A DNA stretch of 64,000 bases, taken from assembly GCA_001805105.1 (NCBI GenBank), contig MHEE01000012.1:171127-235126 (forward strand). Direction: 5' to 3'. Below are positions 17,149-25,860 of the stretch, one piece after another. Source of the stretch: Nitrospirae bacterium GWF2_44_13 (lineage in GTDB: Bacteria > Nitrospirota > Thermodesulfovibrionia > Thermodesulfovibrionales > UBA1546). The translations under genes and the position numbers were made by a program. Below the pieces are notes generated by a model. The model did no database searches and was not told where the DNA came from. It was given only the letters and a program-made list of their open reading frames with translations. The stretch's first letter is position 1; each line of letters opens with the position of its first letter.

Positions 17149-18713
17149 AAGGACAGTTTTCCCGCGCTCCAAACCTGATAGGAACGTTTCTTCCATTTAT
17201 CCGCCCAGGTTTTTTTGCCTGATGCAACTGCAATGACAAAATCTAAAAGTTTATCGCCTAAGTTGCCTATGGTTGAATTCTTATCAATGATTTCTCCTGC
17301 ATTAAAATCTATATCCTCATTGAGCTTCTTATATAGCTCAGTAGTAGATGATATCTTAATAACAGGCGCTATTAAATTTCCTTCCACAGCACCCCTACCT
17401 GTGGAGAACAGGAATATGTTAGCGCCGGAGGCCGCTATGCCGGTCATAGATTCAAGGTCATTGCCGGGGCCATTCATTATAGAAAGCCCTTTTCTGTGGG
17501 TCCTCTCTGCGTAGTCCAGAAAATCAACTATAGGCGTAGTCCCGCCCTTTAGAACAGCCCCGAGGCTTTTTAAGGTAAGATTAACAAGGCCGCCTTTTTT
17601 ATTTCCCGGAACAAAGTTGCCTTCCATCGATATACCAAGCTTATCGGCCAGGTCTTTATACCAACTCATGCCTTTAAGAAATTTCATGGCGACAGATTTA
17701 GAAACCATTCTTTTAATAAGTGTTTCCTCAGCTCCTATCATTTCCGGAGTCTCAGAAAGTATTGCTGAGCCGCCCGAATTAATTATTTTGTCAACTGTAC
17801 TTCCTATCAATGGGTTAGCCGTGATACCGGAGAATGAATCCGAAGCTCCGCATTCAGCGCCTATAATAAGGTGTTTTATTGAAACCGGTTCTCTTTTCAC
17901 AGAACATTTTCTGAGGTTTTTTAGAATTAAATTCTTGCCTTTTTCAACTGCCTTACGCGTTCCGCCGCTTTCCTGGATAGAAAGCGTATCTATGGCTTTG
18001 CCGTATTTTGAGAGATCTCCCGCGTATTTTATGAAAGAAGAGGCGCTGATCTTCTCGCAGCCCAGATCTATTATCAATGCGCCGCAGACATTCGGGTTTA
18101 GTATAGTGTTCTTAAGAGTAAGAAGCAGGCGGTCGATCATGACCCCGTCGCTTGAGCCGCAGCCTTCGGTATGCGCTGCAGCTGTTATCCCATCTATATT
18201 TGGATATGCTGCCTTTAGCTTATTGTTTCTGTCCAGGTCATCGGCTATTCTTTTGGCTGTATCGCTTGCGCATAAGGAGGTCGGTATTATTACATAATAA
18301 TTTCTGGTCCCAACTTCTCCATTCTTTCTCTTGTAACCAAAGAATGTCTTGTCAGTTTTGTTTAGGGAAGTATGCATTCGCGGGACAACATAGCTCTTTA
18401 ATAGTTTCTTATAATCTGCCCTTATCTCGCTGACATTGCTTCCATCAACCTTGCTTCCCATAGATATGCCCTTTGAAATACCGAAGGAATAAGAATATTG
18501 CTTTATTTTTTCTCCCTCTTTTATATCAGAGAGCGCAAACCTGTGGCCTGCGGGTACCGTGCTTTTTATCGTTATTAAGGTATCGAAATAAAGAAGAGAG
18601 TCTCCTTTGAGTATTTCCATTTTTGCGACAGCGACATTGTCCTGGGATGACATCACCAAAGCAACATCGCCAAGAGTAAAGTTCTTCTTGAGTTTTACTA
18701 TTTTTTTACCCAT
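17145..18713 (-). CDS. UxaA-family sugar-acid dehydratase (altronate/galactarate dehydratase-like; SAF + GD_AH_C)
   Basis: 522 aa. N-terminal SAF-like DNVAVAKMEILKGD...AGHRFALSDIKEGEKIKQY. C-terminal part has the conserved Cys/Gly-rich segments (AAAHTEGCGSS, IIGAECGASDSFSG). Confidence 0.7.
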   Translation of the reverse strand: MGKKIVKLKKNFTLGDVALVMSSQDNVAVAKMEILKGDSLLYFDTLITIKSTVPAGHRFALSDIKEGEKIKQYSYSFGISKGISMGSKVDGSNVSEIRADYKKLLKSYVVPRMHTSLNKTDKTFFGYKRKNGEVGTRNYYVIIPTSLCASDTAKRIADDLDRNNKLKAAYPNIDGITAAAHTEGCGSSDGVMIDRLLLTLKNTILNPNVCGALIIDLGCEKISASSFIKYAGDLSKYGKAIDTLSIQESGGTRKAVEKGKNLILKNLRKCSVKREPVSIKHLIIGAECGASDSFSGITANPLIGSTVDKIINSGGSAILSETPEMIGAEETLIKRMVSKSVAMKFLKGMSWYKDLADKLGISMEGNFVPGNKKGGLVNLTLKSLGAVLKGGTTPIVDFLDYAERTHRKGLSIMNGPGNDLESMTGIAASGANIFLFSTGRGAVEGNLIAPVIKISSTTELYKKLNEDIDFNAGEIIDKNSTIGNLGDKLLDFVIAVASGKKTWADKWKKRSYQVWSAGKLSL

Positions 18714-20440
18714 TATTTGTCTTTCGAATATGTTTTCATAAGGATCATTTTCCCGGATATATGAAGCCCCTGTACCGTAGCCAGGGTACCGGCCTTCTGC
18801 GTGTCCCCTGCGCCGAGGACAATCTTATTCTCATTGTCCAGCAGTCTGCCCCTGCAGGAAGTATAAAGGCCTATGCCGTCATTTTTAAAGTGCTTCTTGA
18901 AATCCACCTGATTTATAAACATTTCAAATATAACGGTGAACTTGTCGGTTTCGCGAACGATCTTGCCGTGAGATGCCGGTTCCCTGAAATTGAAATAACC
19001 ATATTCTTTAAGGTTGTCGGTTTTCATCTCGGATATGCCTTCGTAACCGGATGTCTCCCTTCCGTATTTATCTTCCAGCCTTACAAGATCGGTTTTCATA
19101 GGAGGACTTTCAATCTCAAGGAGGTACATGCCGTCCTGTGATAATACTTTTGTGGAATGGAACACGCCCTTATCCAGGATCAAGGCATCCCCGCCTTTCA
19201 AATAGTTTCTTGAGGCCAAAGTATTGCTCATTGCGGTTCCGGAAAGTATTATCAGCGAAGTCTTCTTCTCCGGATGGCAATGCATAGAGGTTGAGTTACC
19301 CTTACTGATAAAAAGCAGCCATACCGCAGCATATCTGTTCTCGAAAGCCAGGAATTCGTAGCCCCACGGTTTAATGACTACTTTATCCCTGTATGATTTT
19401 GGCTGCGCATAAGTTGCAAGGTTCTTAGACTTTCTCATTACTTTTAACAAGGACCTTTGATCCTTTTGACCGGCGGTAATGTTGTGTATCCGGGAAGCCC
19501 TCACCTGCTTTTTCTTAAGTTCTTCAAGGTATGAGTTATATGATATACTGATCCCGTCGATGAGTTTTGTCCTGGGCTTCCATCCCAGCTGGCGGATCTT
19601 TGATATATTCAATAGCTTTTTGTGCACTCCGTCAGGCTTGGAAGCGTCAAAAACTATTTTACCTTTATAGCCGACAGCTTTGTTTATTGATCTGGCAAGC
19701 TCTACTATCTTGTAGCCGTGCCCGGTACCGACATTAAAGTAATCCGCTCCTGAAGATCTTTCCGCAAGCAACATGCAAGCGTCGACAAGGTCGTCTACGA
19801 AAAGAAAGTCTCTCACAGGTTTCCCTGTTCCCCATATAACCACTTGTTTTAGATTTGCAAGTTTTGCTTCGTGGAATCTTTTTATAAGAGAAGGAAGCAC
19901 CTGGGCGTTGAGCATATCGTAGCGCTGGTTGGGCCCGTATACGTTCGGGGCTATAACTACGACAAAATCAGTTCCGTACTGCCTGTTGTAGGCTTCGCAC
20001 ATCTTCATACCGCATACTTTTGCCAGAGCAAACGGCTCACAGGTAGCCTCAAGAGGCCCGGTCAATAATGCATCTTCCCTTATCGGTTCTTCAAAGTTCT
20101 TTGGATATGCGTCCGCCGAACTTAAGAAAATGAGTTTCTTAACTTCGTGCTGAAAGGCGCTGTTAATCACGTTGCACTGCATCATCAGGTTTTCATAAAT
20201 GAAATCGGCGCGGTATGTTTTATTTGCAAAAACACCGCCTACTTTACCCGCCGCAAAGAAAACATAATCCGGTTTTTCCTTCTCAAAGAAGGAATGGACC
20301 TGAGACTGGTTGCAGAGGTCCAGTTCAGCATGGCCTCTCGTGATGGTATTCGCGTAACCGTCTTTTGCAAGGCGGCGCAGAATAGCCGAGCCTATAAGGC
20401 CGTTATGCCCTGCTGTATATATCTTGTCAGTCTTTTCCAT
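18713..20440 (-). CDS. Fusion: GDP-L-fucose synthase (Fcl/GMER)-like SDR domain + C-terminal cupin (type II PMI-like)
   Basis: Residues 1-~310 are collinear with E. coli Fcl as I recall it (IYTAGHNGLIGSAI, AAGKVGGVFANKTYRADFIYENLMM, MCEAYNRQYG, VIWGTGKPVRDFLFVDD, DASKPDG). Residues ~350-450 form a cupin: IKPWGYEFLAF...STSMHCHPEKKTSLIILSG. Confidence 0.75.
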   Translation of the reverse strand: MEKTDKIYTAGHNGLIGSAILRRLAKDGYANTITRGHAELDLCNQSQVHSFFEKEKPDYVFFAAGKVGGVFANKTYRADFIYENLMMQCNVINSAFQHEVKKLIFLSSADAYPKNFEEPIREDALLTGPLEATCEPFALAKVCGMKMCEAYNRQYGTDFVVVIAPNVYGPNQRYDMLNAQVLPSLIKRFHEAKLANLKQVVIWGTGKPVRDFLFVDDLVDACMLLAERSSGADYFNVGTGHGYKIVELARSINKAVGYKGKIVFDASKPDGVHKKLLNISKIRQLGWKPRTKLIDGISISYNSYLEELKKKQVRASRIHNITAGQKDQRSLLKVMRKSKNLATYAQPKSYRDKVVIKPWGYEFLAFENRYAAVWLLFISKGNSTSMHCHPEKKTSLIILSGTAMSNTLASRNYLKGGDALILDKGVFHSTKVLSQDGMYLLEIESPPMKTDLVRLEDKYGRETSGYEGISEMKTDNLKEYGYFNFREPASHGKIVRETDKFTVIFEMFINQVDFKKHFKNDGIGLYTSCRGRLLDNENKIVLGAGDTQKAGTLATVQGLHISGKMILMKTYSKDK

Positions 20441-20457
20441 ATTTGTTTGCCGCGAGG

Positions 20458-20961
20458 CTATAACTTTTTAAGAGTTTCTTTCATCCATTCGCCGTTATAT
20501 TTGTAATGCGGCGAGGATATAATATTGCCGTCAACCACCACCGGCGCGTCTACATATTCAGCGCCGGCGTTGATAATGTCATCTTTTATTCCAATATAGC
20601 CGCTTATTTTTTTGCCTTTCACAATACCCGCCGAAATAAGTATCCACGGGCCATGGCAGATCGTTGATACTATCTTGCCCTTTTCATACATCGCTTTAAC
20701 AAAATCAAGGACTTCCTTTATCTGTCTTACCCTGTCAGGAGCTTCGTGTCCGCCCGGGAGTACGACAAGATCATAATTTGATTCCTTGAGGTCTTTAACA
20801 TCTATCGTTGGTTTAGCCGTTATCCCGTATTTTCCTTTTACGGATTCTTTATCTTTCGTTGCAACATCCACCGTAAAACCAGCTTCCTGAAGCCGGTAGT
20901 AAGGATATATGTATTCCTCGTCCTGGAATCCCGGGCCTGTGATAATTACAGCCTTTTTCAT
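20458..20961 (-). CDS. DJ-1/PfpI-family protein
   Basis: MKKAVIITGPGFQDEEYIYPY..., nucleophile elbow ICHGPWILISAG. Trimmed from 21090 to ATG 20961, just after the upstream stop. Confidence 0.75.
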   Translation of the reverse strand: MKKAVIITGPGFQDEEYIYPYYRLQEAGFTVDVATKDKESVKGKYGITAKPTIDVKDLKESNYDLVVLPGGHEAPDRVRQIKEVLDFVKAMYEKGKIVSTICHGPWILISAGIVKGKKISGYIGIKDDIINAGAEYVDAPVVVDGNIISSPHYKYNGEWMKETLKKL

Positions 20962-20963
20962 AA

Positions 20964-21869
20964 TTATTCTCCTTTCTTCAGCATTTCTTTTACAGTTTTG
21001 CATATAATTTCGGCATTCGGAGCCATATTTTTGTATGGCGGGCAAAGGCATTTTGTCCGGTCTTCCAAGCCGAGAGCTTTTACGCTGCATTCGGCCGCAA
21101 AGTTTAGTTCATAGGCTATGGATCTTGCGGCGCCGGCTATCTCGTGCCCCGGGTCAATTACAAGCCCGAGTTTTGATTCCTTCAAAGGCTGTATCAACCT
21201 GTCGGTTATATCGAAAGGCTTTAACCACAGAATATTAACCAGGTTGCAGCGTATGCCGTCTATTTTTAGTGACTCAACTGCTTTAGCTGCTTCAAAACGC
21301 GTGCAAGAAATGGCATAGAGCGTGACATGCGCATTTTCTACGGTTATATCAGAAAGCTCCTGTGTATTTGGGTAGCTAAGCCTGTGTTCACTGCATATCA
21401 TCGGATCGTCGTTTTTCATATATGTTTCCCATATTTCCCTGTATTCATTGGGGGTCATTGGTGAACAGACGCGAAATCCAGGAAAATGCATGAATATGCT
21501 ATGAAGAACTCCAGAATGAACCGGGCCAAGACCGTCAGAAGCTATAGCTCTTACAAAAACAGGCGCGCTTTTTCCATGCAGTTCTTTTGTTTTGGCGGCA
21601 AAGAATATAAGCGGACTGCCATTTAAAATTAAAAAATCCTGAAATCTTATCACAAATATTGGCCGCCTGCCAACTAAGGCTGCTCCAACAGCTATCCCCG
21701 CGCCCGCCACATCGGTCATTGGAAGCTCTACGATACCTTTGACATTGGGGACGGTGTTATTTACCCAGCCAACAGCGCTTATGGACTCGCCCAAGAGCAG
21801 GCCGTTATGCTGCTCAAGATGATCCGAAGTAATTTCTTTTATAGTTTCTGCAAGTGTTTTTTGTCCCAT
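20964..21869 (-). CDS. TPP-dependent 2-oxoacid dehydrogenase E1 beta-like subunit (transketolase pyrimidine-binding + C-terminal domains)
   Basis: ELPMTDVAGAGIAVGAALVGRRPIFVIRFQDF resembles the E1-beta / transketolase Pyr-domain core. 301 aa. Confidence 0.65.
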   Translation of the reverse strand: MGQKTLAETIKEITSDHLEQHNGLLLGESISAVGWVNNTVPNVKGIVELPMTDVAGAGIAVGAALVGRRPIFVIRFQDFLILNGSPLIFFAAKTKELHGKSAPVFVRAIASDGLGPVHSGVLHSIFMHFPGFRVCSPMTPNEYREIWETYMKNDDPMICSEHRLSYPNTQELSDITVENAHVTLYAISCTRFEAAKAVESLKIDGIRCNLVNILWLKPFDITDRLIQPLKESKLGLVIDPGHEIAGAARSIAYELNFAAECSVKALGLEDRTKCLCPPYKNMAPNAEIICKTVKEMLKKGE

Positions 21870-22735
21870 AGTTTTTCCATTTCAGCAATTATGTCTTTCT
21901 CTATCTTTTCGGATTGGCTTGAAAGTCCCATCTTTTCCAATTCTTCTCGAACCATGCTTAAGCGATCCCATTCTGGCGGGCCATCTACACCAACACCCGC
22001 ATGCCAATTGGCACGGCAGGTATATATATTTATAAATGCAGGAAGCGTATTTTTAAATTGTCCTGCCGTTTCCAGAATGGTCCATGGGTCATCGGTAATA
22101 TCAACTGCCGGCATACCCAGAGCTCTTGCAACATGGGTAATGCTCCAACTGCGGCGTATGTCCACCTTTGTAAGTATTGAAAGATTGTTGTCTTCGCATA
22201 CAAAAATAACCGGAAGCCGGTGCGTCACTGCAAAACCCATTGCTGCAAAAACATAGTCTTCTTCCGCGGCGCCGTCTCCAAAGAAACAGACAACAGGTTT
22301 ATTTGAGCCTAAAGCAGCGCCTACGCCGAGAGGGACATTCTCTCCTATCAGTCCATGGTGGCCGAACATGGCCACCTCGTTCTCGTGGCACTGGACGCAG
22401 TTGGAACCGGCTCTTCCCCGGCTGGTGCCGGTGTCCATGCCAAGCAGTTCATCTCTAAGCTTTGCGGGGGTTCCGCCGAAGGCCAGATACGTTCCGTGGC
22501 ATCGGTGCTGAGCGAAGATCATGAAGCCCTGTAGCGCAACAGACATCGCTGCGGCTATCGCTTCCTGACCGCTTGAAAGATAGACAAGGTAATCGATATA
22601 TTTTGCCTGTACCGACTCTATGACCCCCTGCTCAAAATATCTGATAGCGCACATTCTCCTGAAAAGTTCTAAGGATGTTTCTTTGGGGTATTTCTTAGAT
22701 AATCCCGGAATAACGCCGAAATCTTTTGATCTCAT
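21839..22735 (-). CDS. TPP-dependent 2-oxoacid dehydrogenase E1 alpha-like subunit
   Basis: TPP motif FFGDGAAEEDYVFAAMGFAVTHRLPVIFVCEDNNLSI (GDG...N). Also SSGQEAIAAA and HRCHGTYLA. Confidence 0.7.
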   Translation of the reverse strand: MRSKDFGVIPGLSKKYPKETSLELFRRMCAIRYFEQGVIESVQAKYIDYLVYLSSGQEAIAAAMSVALQGFMIFAQHRCHGTYLAFGGTPAKLRDELLGMDTGTSRGRAGSNCVQCHENEVAMFGHHGLIGENVPLGVGAALGSNKPVVCFFGDGAAEEDYVFAAMGFAVTHRLPVIFVCEDNNLSILTKVDIRRSWSITHVARALGMPAVDITDDPWTILETAGQFKNTLPAFINIYTCRANWHAGVGVDGPPEWDRLSMVREELEKMGLSSQSEKIEKDIIAEMEKLWDKKHLQKL

Positions 22736-22736
22736 T

Positions 22737-23726
22737 TTATCCGTTCTTCCTGATTTCTTCTCTACAATGATCGAGAAGTAGTTTAACGCTGTCCTCGAAA
22801 CTATATCGCGCCTGCCACCCGGTCTCTTTTCTGAATTTTGAGGTATCGGGTATCTGCAATGTTACATCAGCCGGCCTGAATAGTTTTGGGTCAGGTTTTG
22901 AAACGATCTTACATTTAGCATGTTTCTTAAGAAGATCAAGGAATTCTCCGACCTTGATAACTGTCGCCCCTCCGATATTATAAGCTTCTCCGTACCTGCA
23001 TCTCATGGTCGCAACCCAGTAGGATTCCATAGCATCTCTTACATCAATGAGCGTTCTTACAGATTCAAGATTGCCGTGAAGAAGTGTTTTCTGAATCCCG
23101 GCTTCAATTCTTGCCACCTGAAGCGCAAAAGAAGTGGCGAAAAGATCGGCTCTCCTGGGATTGATATATGCAAACATCCGTGTTCTGATAATTTTCATTT
23201 TGTAACTTTTAAAATAGGTTAGGCCTAATAAATCCTGAGTCACTTTTGAAACCGCATAGGGGCTTGCGGGATTTATCGGGCAGTCCTCTGTTATAGGAAC
23301 ATTTTTAGGGTCCACCTGGCCATATACCTCAGAAGTGCTGCAAAACTGTATAACAGGATCTATCCCTGCTGCCCTCACCGCTTCAAGCAGATTTGCCGTT
23401 CCCATGATGTTGTTATTAATCACGGATAGAGGCGTGATGAAAGATGCCCTCACGTTCGCGTGAGAAGCGATGTGAAATATCGCGTCGGGTTTTACGGCTG
23501 CAAGAACGGACAACACGGAACTGAAATCCGTGAGATCGCATTCATGCATTTTAATTCTGCTGCCGGTGTGTCTGAGGTTTGTGTTTGCCGACGTGCTATG
23601 CCATCTCGAAATTCCATGCAGGTCAACTCCTTTGTGATTATCTGCGATGTAATCTGCAAGATAACTGCCGCCCGAACCGCTTGCGCCCGTTATGAGGGCT
23701 TTTTTGATTTTCCGCCCCTTGCTCAT
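22737..23726 (-). CDS. GDP-mannose 4,6-dehydratase-family SDR (Gmd-like)
   Basis: ALITGASGSGGSYLADYI, STSEVYG, SPYAVSKVTQDLL, INPRRADLFATSFALQVARI (compare Gmd: ITGQDGSYL, TSELYG, ESPRRGETFVTRKI). Confidence 0.6.
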   Translation of the reverse strand: MSKGRKIKKALITGASGSGGSYLADYIADNHKGVDLHGISRWHSTSANTNLRHTGSRIKMHECDLTDFSSVLSVLAAVKPDAIFHIASHANVRASFITPLSVINNNIMGTANLLEAVRAAGIDPVIQFCSTSEVYGQVDPKNVPITEDCPINPASPYAVSKVTQDLLGLTYFKSYKMKIIRTRMFAYINPRRADLFATSFALQVARIEAGIQKTLLHGNLESVRTLIDVRDAMESYWVATMRCRYGEAYNIGGATVIKVGEFLDLLKKHAKCKIVSKPDPKLFRPADVTLQIPDTSKFRKETGWQARYSFEDSVKLLLDHCREEIRKNG

Positions 23727-24661
23727 ATATTCCCATACCTTGTATTTCTGATAATTCTATACCCTTTAATTAATTCTTTTATACCATCATCAAGTGAAAA
23801 TTTTGGCTTAAAACCGGTTCGCTCAATTTTTTCGTTTGAGACGATATAATCTCTCTTATCAGGGTCTTCGCCGATTGGAGCCTCAAGATATACGAAATCC
23901 GGAACCTGTTCTTTAATCTTTGCGCAGAGTTCAAGTTTTGAAAGGTTTGCATCTGAAAGCCCTACATTATACGGCTCATTTTTCATAGCTCCAAAATTAT
24001 TCATTGCATGAATAAAGGCCCGCGCCACATCACGAATATGGATATAGTTTCTCTTGAAATGCCCTTCAAAAATAACAACAAACCTGTCCGTCACCGCGCG
24101 GTAGGCAAAGTCATTGACCAGCAAATCTATCCTCATTCTCGGAGACATCCCAAAAACAGTTGCCAGTCTCAGGCTTATGGAATTCCCCCTGTCAAGAAGA
24201 ATTTGTTCGGCCTCTACCTTTGCTTTTCCATAAAGAGAAATAGGCTTTAAAGGCGTTTCTTCAGTGCAGTATGAATCTTTCTGCCCGATTCCATATCCGC
24301 TGTTTGTGCAGGGATAAATAATCCTCTGCTCTTTTGATGCGAGCTTTGTAATTAAAGCTATCGCATCTCTGTTCGTTGTTATGGTCCCGGATTTGTCTCT
24401 GCCGCAAAGCGGAGCCCCTACCAGCGCTGCAAGAGGTATAATGCAATCAGCCTTTTGCAGAAGAGGTCTTAAGACAGCTTCCTCTCTTGCATCTCCCCTT
24501 ACCGCATCAAAATTCTCATAAGCACAGTATTCGAGCAGAGAGTTCTGCCCGAACATAAAATTATCCAGAACTGTGACTTTATGGCCTGCTTTTAAAAGTT
24601 CAGGAACCAGTATTGAGCCCAGATAACCAGCACCGCCTGTGACTAAAATATTGTAACTCAT
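23723..24661 (-). CDS. NAD-dependent sugar epimerase/reductase (extended SDR)
   Basis: ILVTGGAGYLGSILV, YGKAKVEAEQ (YxxxK). Overlaps the downstream gene by 4 nt. Confidence 0.75.
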   Translation of the reverse strand: MSYNILVTGGAGYLGSILVPELLKAGHKVTVLDNFMFGQNSLLEYCAYENFDAVRGDAREEAVLRPLLQKADCIIPLAALVGAPLCGRDKSGTITTNRDAIALITKLASKEQRIIYPCTNSGYGIGQKDSYCTEETPLKPISLYGKAKVEAEQILLDRGNSISLRLATVFGMSPRMRIDLLVNDFAYRAVTDRFVVIFEGHFKRNYIHIRDVARAFIHAMNNFGAMKNEPYNVGLSDANLSKLELCAKIKEQVPDFVYLEAPIGEDPDKRDYIVSNEKIERTGFKPKFSLDDGIKELIKGYRIIRNTRYGNI

Positions 24662-24671
24662 TCACCTCTCC

Positions 24672-25844
24672 TTATATAACCTTCAATGTTTCATGAAGAT
24701 AATCTATCTTATCCCTTATATCATAAGGGTGATTACCGACAAAAAAGCCGTTATAGTGGGCGATGTCAGCATTCACGGATTTTGTGGCAACATAGTCATA
24801 ATATTTAATAACATCATGCCTTAGAATATTTCCCCCTGTTATTATTCTATGTTCTATATTTGCATCTCTGAGTTTTTGTAAAACCTTTTTACGATTAATA
24901 TTTAATTCCGGGTTTATGATCATTGTAAAGGCAAACCATGAAGATTCTCCAACCTCCTTCTGAGTGATAAATCTTTCATCATCTTTAAATAAATTAACAA
25001 AATGTTCTGCATTTTTTCTTCTGACCCCGATAAATTCTTCTAATTTATTTAGCTGCACATTGCCGATAGCGCCCTGAATCTCGGTAGGCCTAAGATTATA
25101 TCCCGGGAGAATAAATCTATAAGCCTCAAAGAAATCATCATCCCTCTTTTCAAAGATTGGACTGTCCTTATCCTGATCCCGTGTCCAACCGTGATTTCTG
25201 AGAGACTTTAACAGATTATAGATTTCTCTATCATCTGTTAAAACTAGGCCACCTTCAATCGTTGAAATATGATGCGAAAAAAATGTACTGAAGGTATTTA
25301 CCAATCCAAACGTTCCTGTATATCTGCCATTAAATTTTGCGCCCATCGATTCACAGTTATCCTCAAAAAGGATAATGTTATTTTCGCTGCACAGCTTTGT
25401 TATCTCATCAAATTGGCATGGATTCCCCAAAATACTGACAGCAACTATCATTTTTGTATTGTTGGTTACGGCTTTTTTCAATTCTTTGACATCATAATTT
25501 AAGGTATGCAGATCAATGTCTACAAACTTAAGCTTCAGCCCATACTGATGAAGCGGATGGAATGTCGTTGCCCATGATATGCACGGCACGAGCACTTCGT
25601 CTCCTCTTTTGAGTGGATTTTCTTTTTTATAAAAAAGTGAAGCCACAGCAATAAGATTAGCCGAAGACCCGGAGTTTGACATAACCGCATATTTCATCCC
25701 TAAATGCCGGGCAAAACATTCCTCAAATTCTCTTACATTTTTCCCCATAGTATAATTACCGCTGTCCAGCACCCTAATTGCTGCCTGTCTCTCTTCGTCA
25801 CCCCACGTTAAACTCACAAGTTCAAATCTCTCTACACGAGCCAT
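24672..25844 (-). CDS. colD: PLP/PMP-dependent 4-keto-6-deoxy-sugar 3-dehydratase, ColD-like (DegT family with His in place of the Schiff-base Lys)
   Basis: Trimmed to ATG 25844 (390 aa). Collinear with my recollection of E. coli O55 ColD: GDEVLVPCISWATTFHPLHQYGLKLKFVDIDLHTLN, EDNCESMGA, FSTFFSHHISTIEGG, NHGWTRD, LPGYNLRPTEIQGAIG. An HH dipeptide (25269-25274) sits where aminotransferases carry K. Confidence 0.75.
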   Translation of the reverse strand: MARVERFELVSLTWGDEERQAAIRVLDSGNYTMGKNVREFEECFARHLGMKYAVMSNSGSSANLIAVASLFYKKENPLKRGDEVLVPCISWATTFHPLHQYGLKLKFVDIDLHTLNYDVKELKKAVTNNTKMIVAVSILGNPCQFDEITKLCSENNIILFEDNCESMGAKFNGRYTGTFGLVNTFSTFFSHHISTIEGGLVLTDDREIYNLLKSLRNHGWTRDQDKDSPIFEKRDDDFFEAYRFILPGYNLRPTEIQGAIGNVQLNKLEEFIGVRRKNAEHFVNLFKDDERFITQKEVGESSWFAFTMIINPELNINRKKVLQKLRDANIEHRIITGGNILRHDVIKYYDYVATKSVNADIAHYNGFFVGNHPYDIRDKIDYLHETLKVI

Positions 25845-25860
25845 CGGAATCTTCTTCTCC

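Noticed and set aside
9124-18297. Long plus-strand ORFs antisense to minus-strand genes (9124..9714 196 aa, 11119..11760 213 aa, 17617..18297 226 aa; also 55796..56314 172 aa and about 60 shorter ones)
   Set aside because: All are fully nested in well-supported minus-strand CDSs. They have Ser/Pro/Leu/Phe-rich low-complexity sequence with no recognisable motifs and no SD. This is the typical antisense-frame openness.
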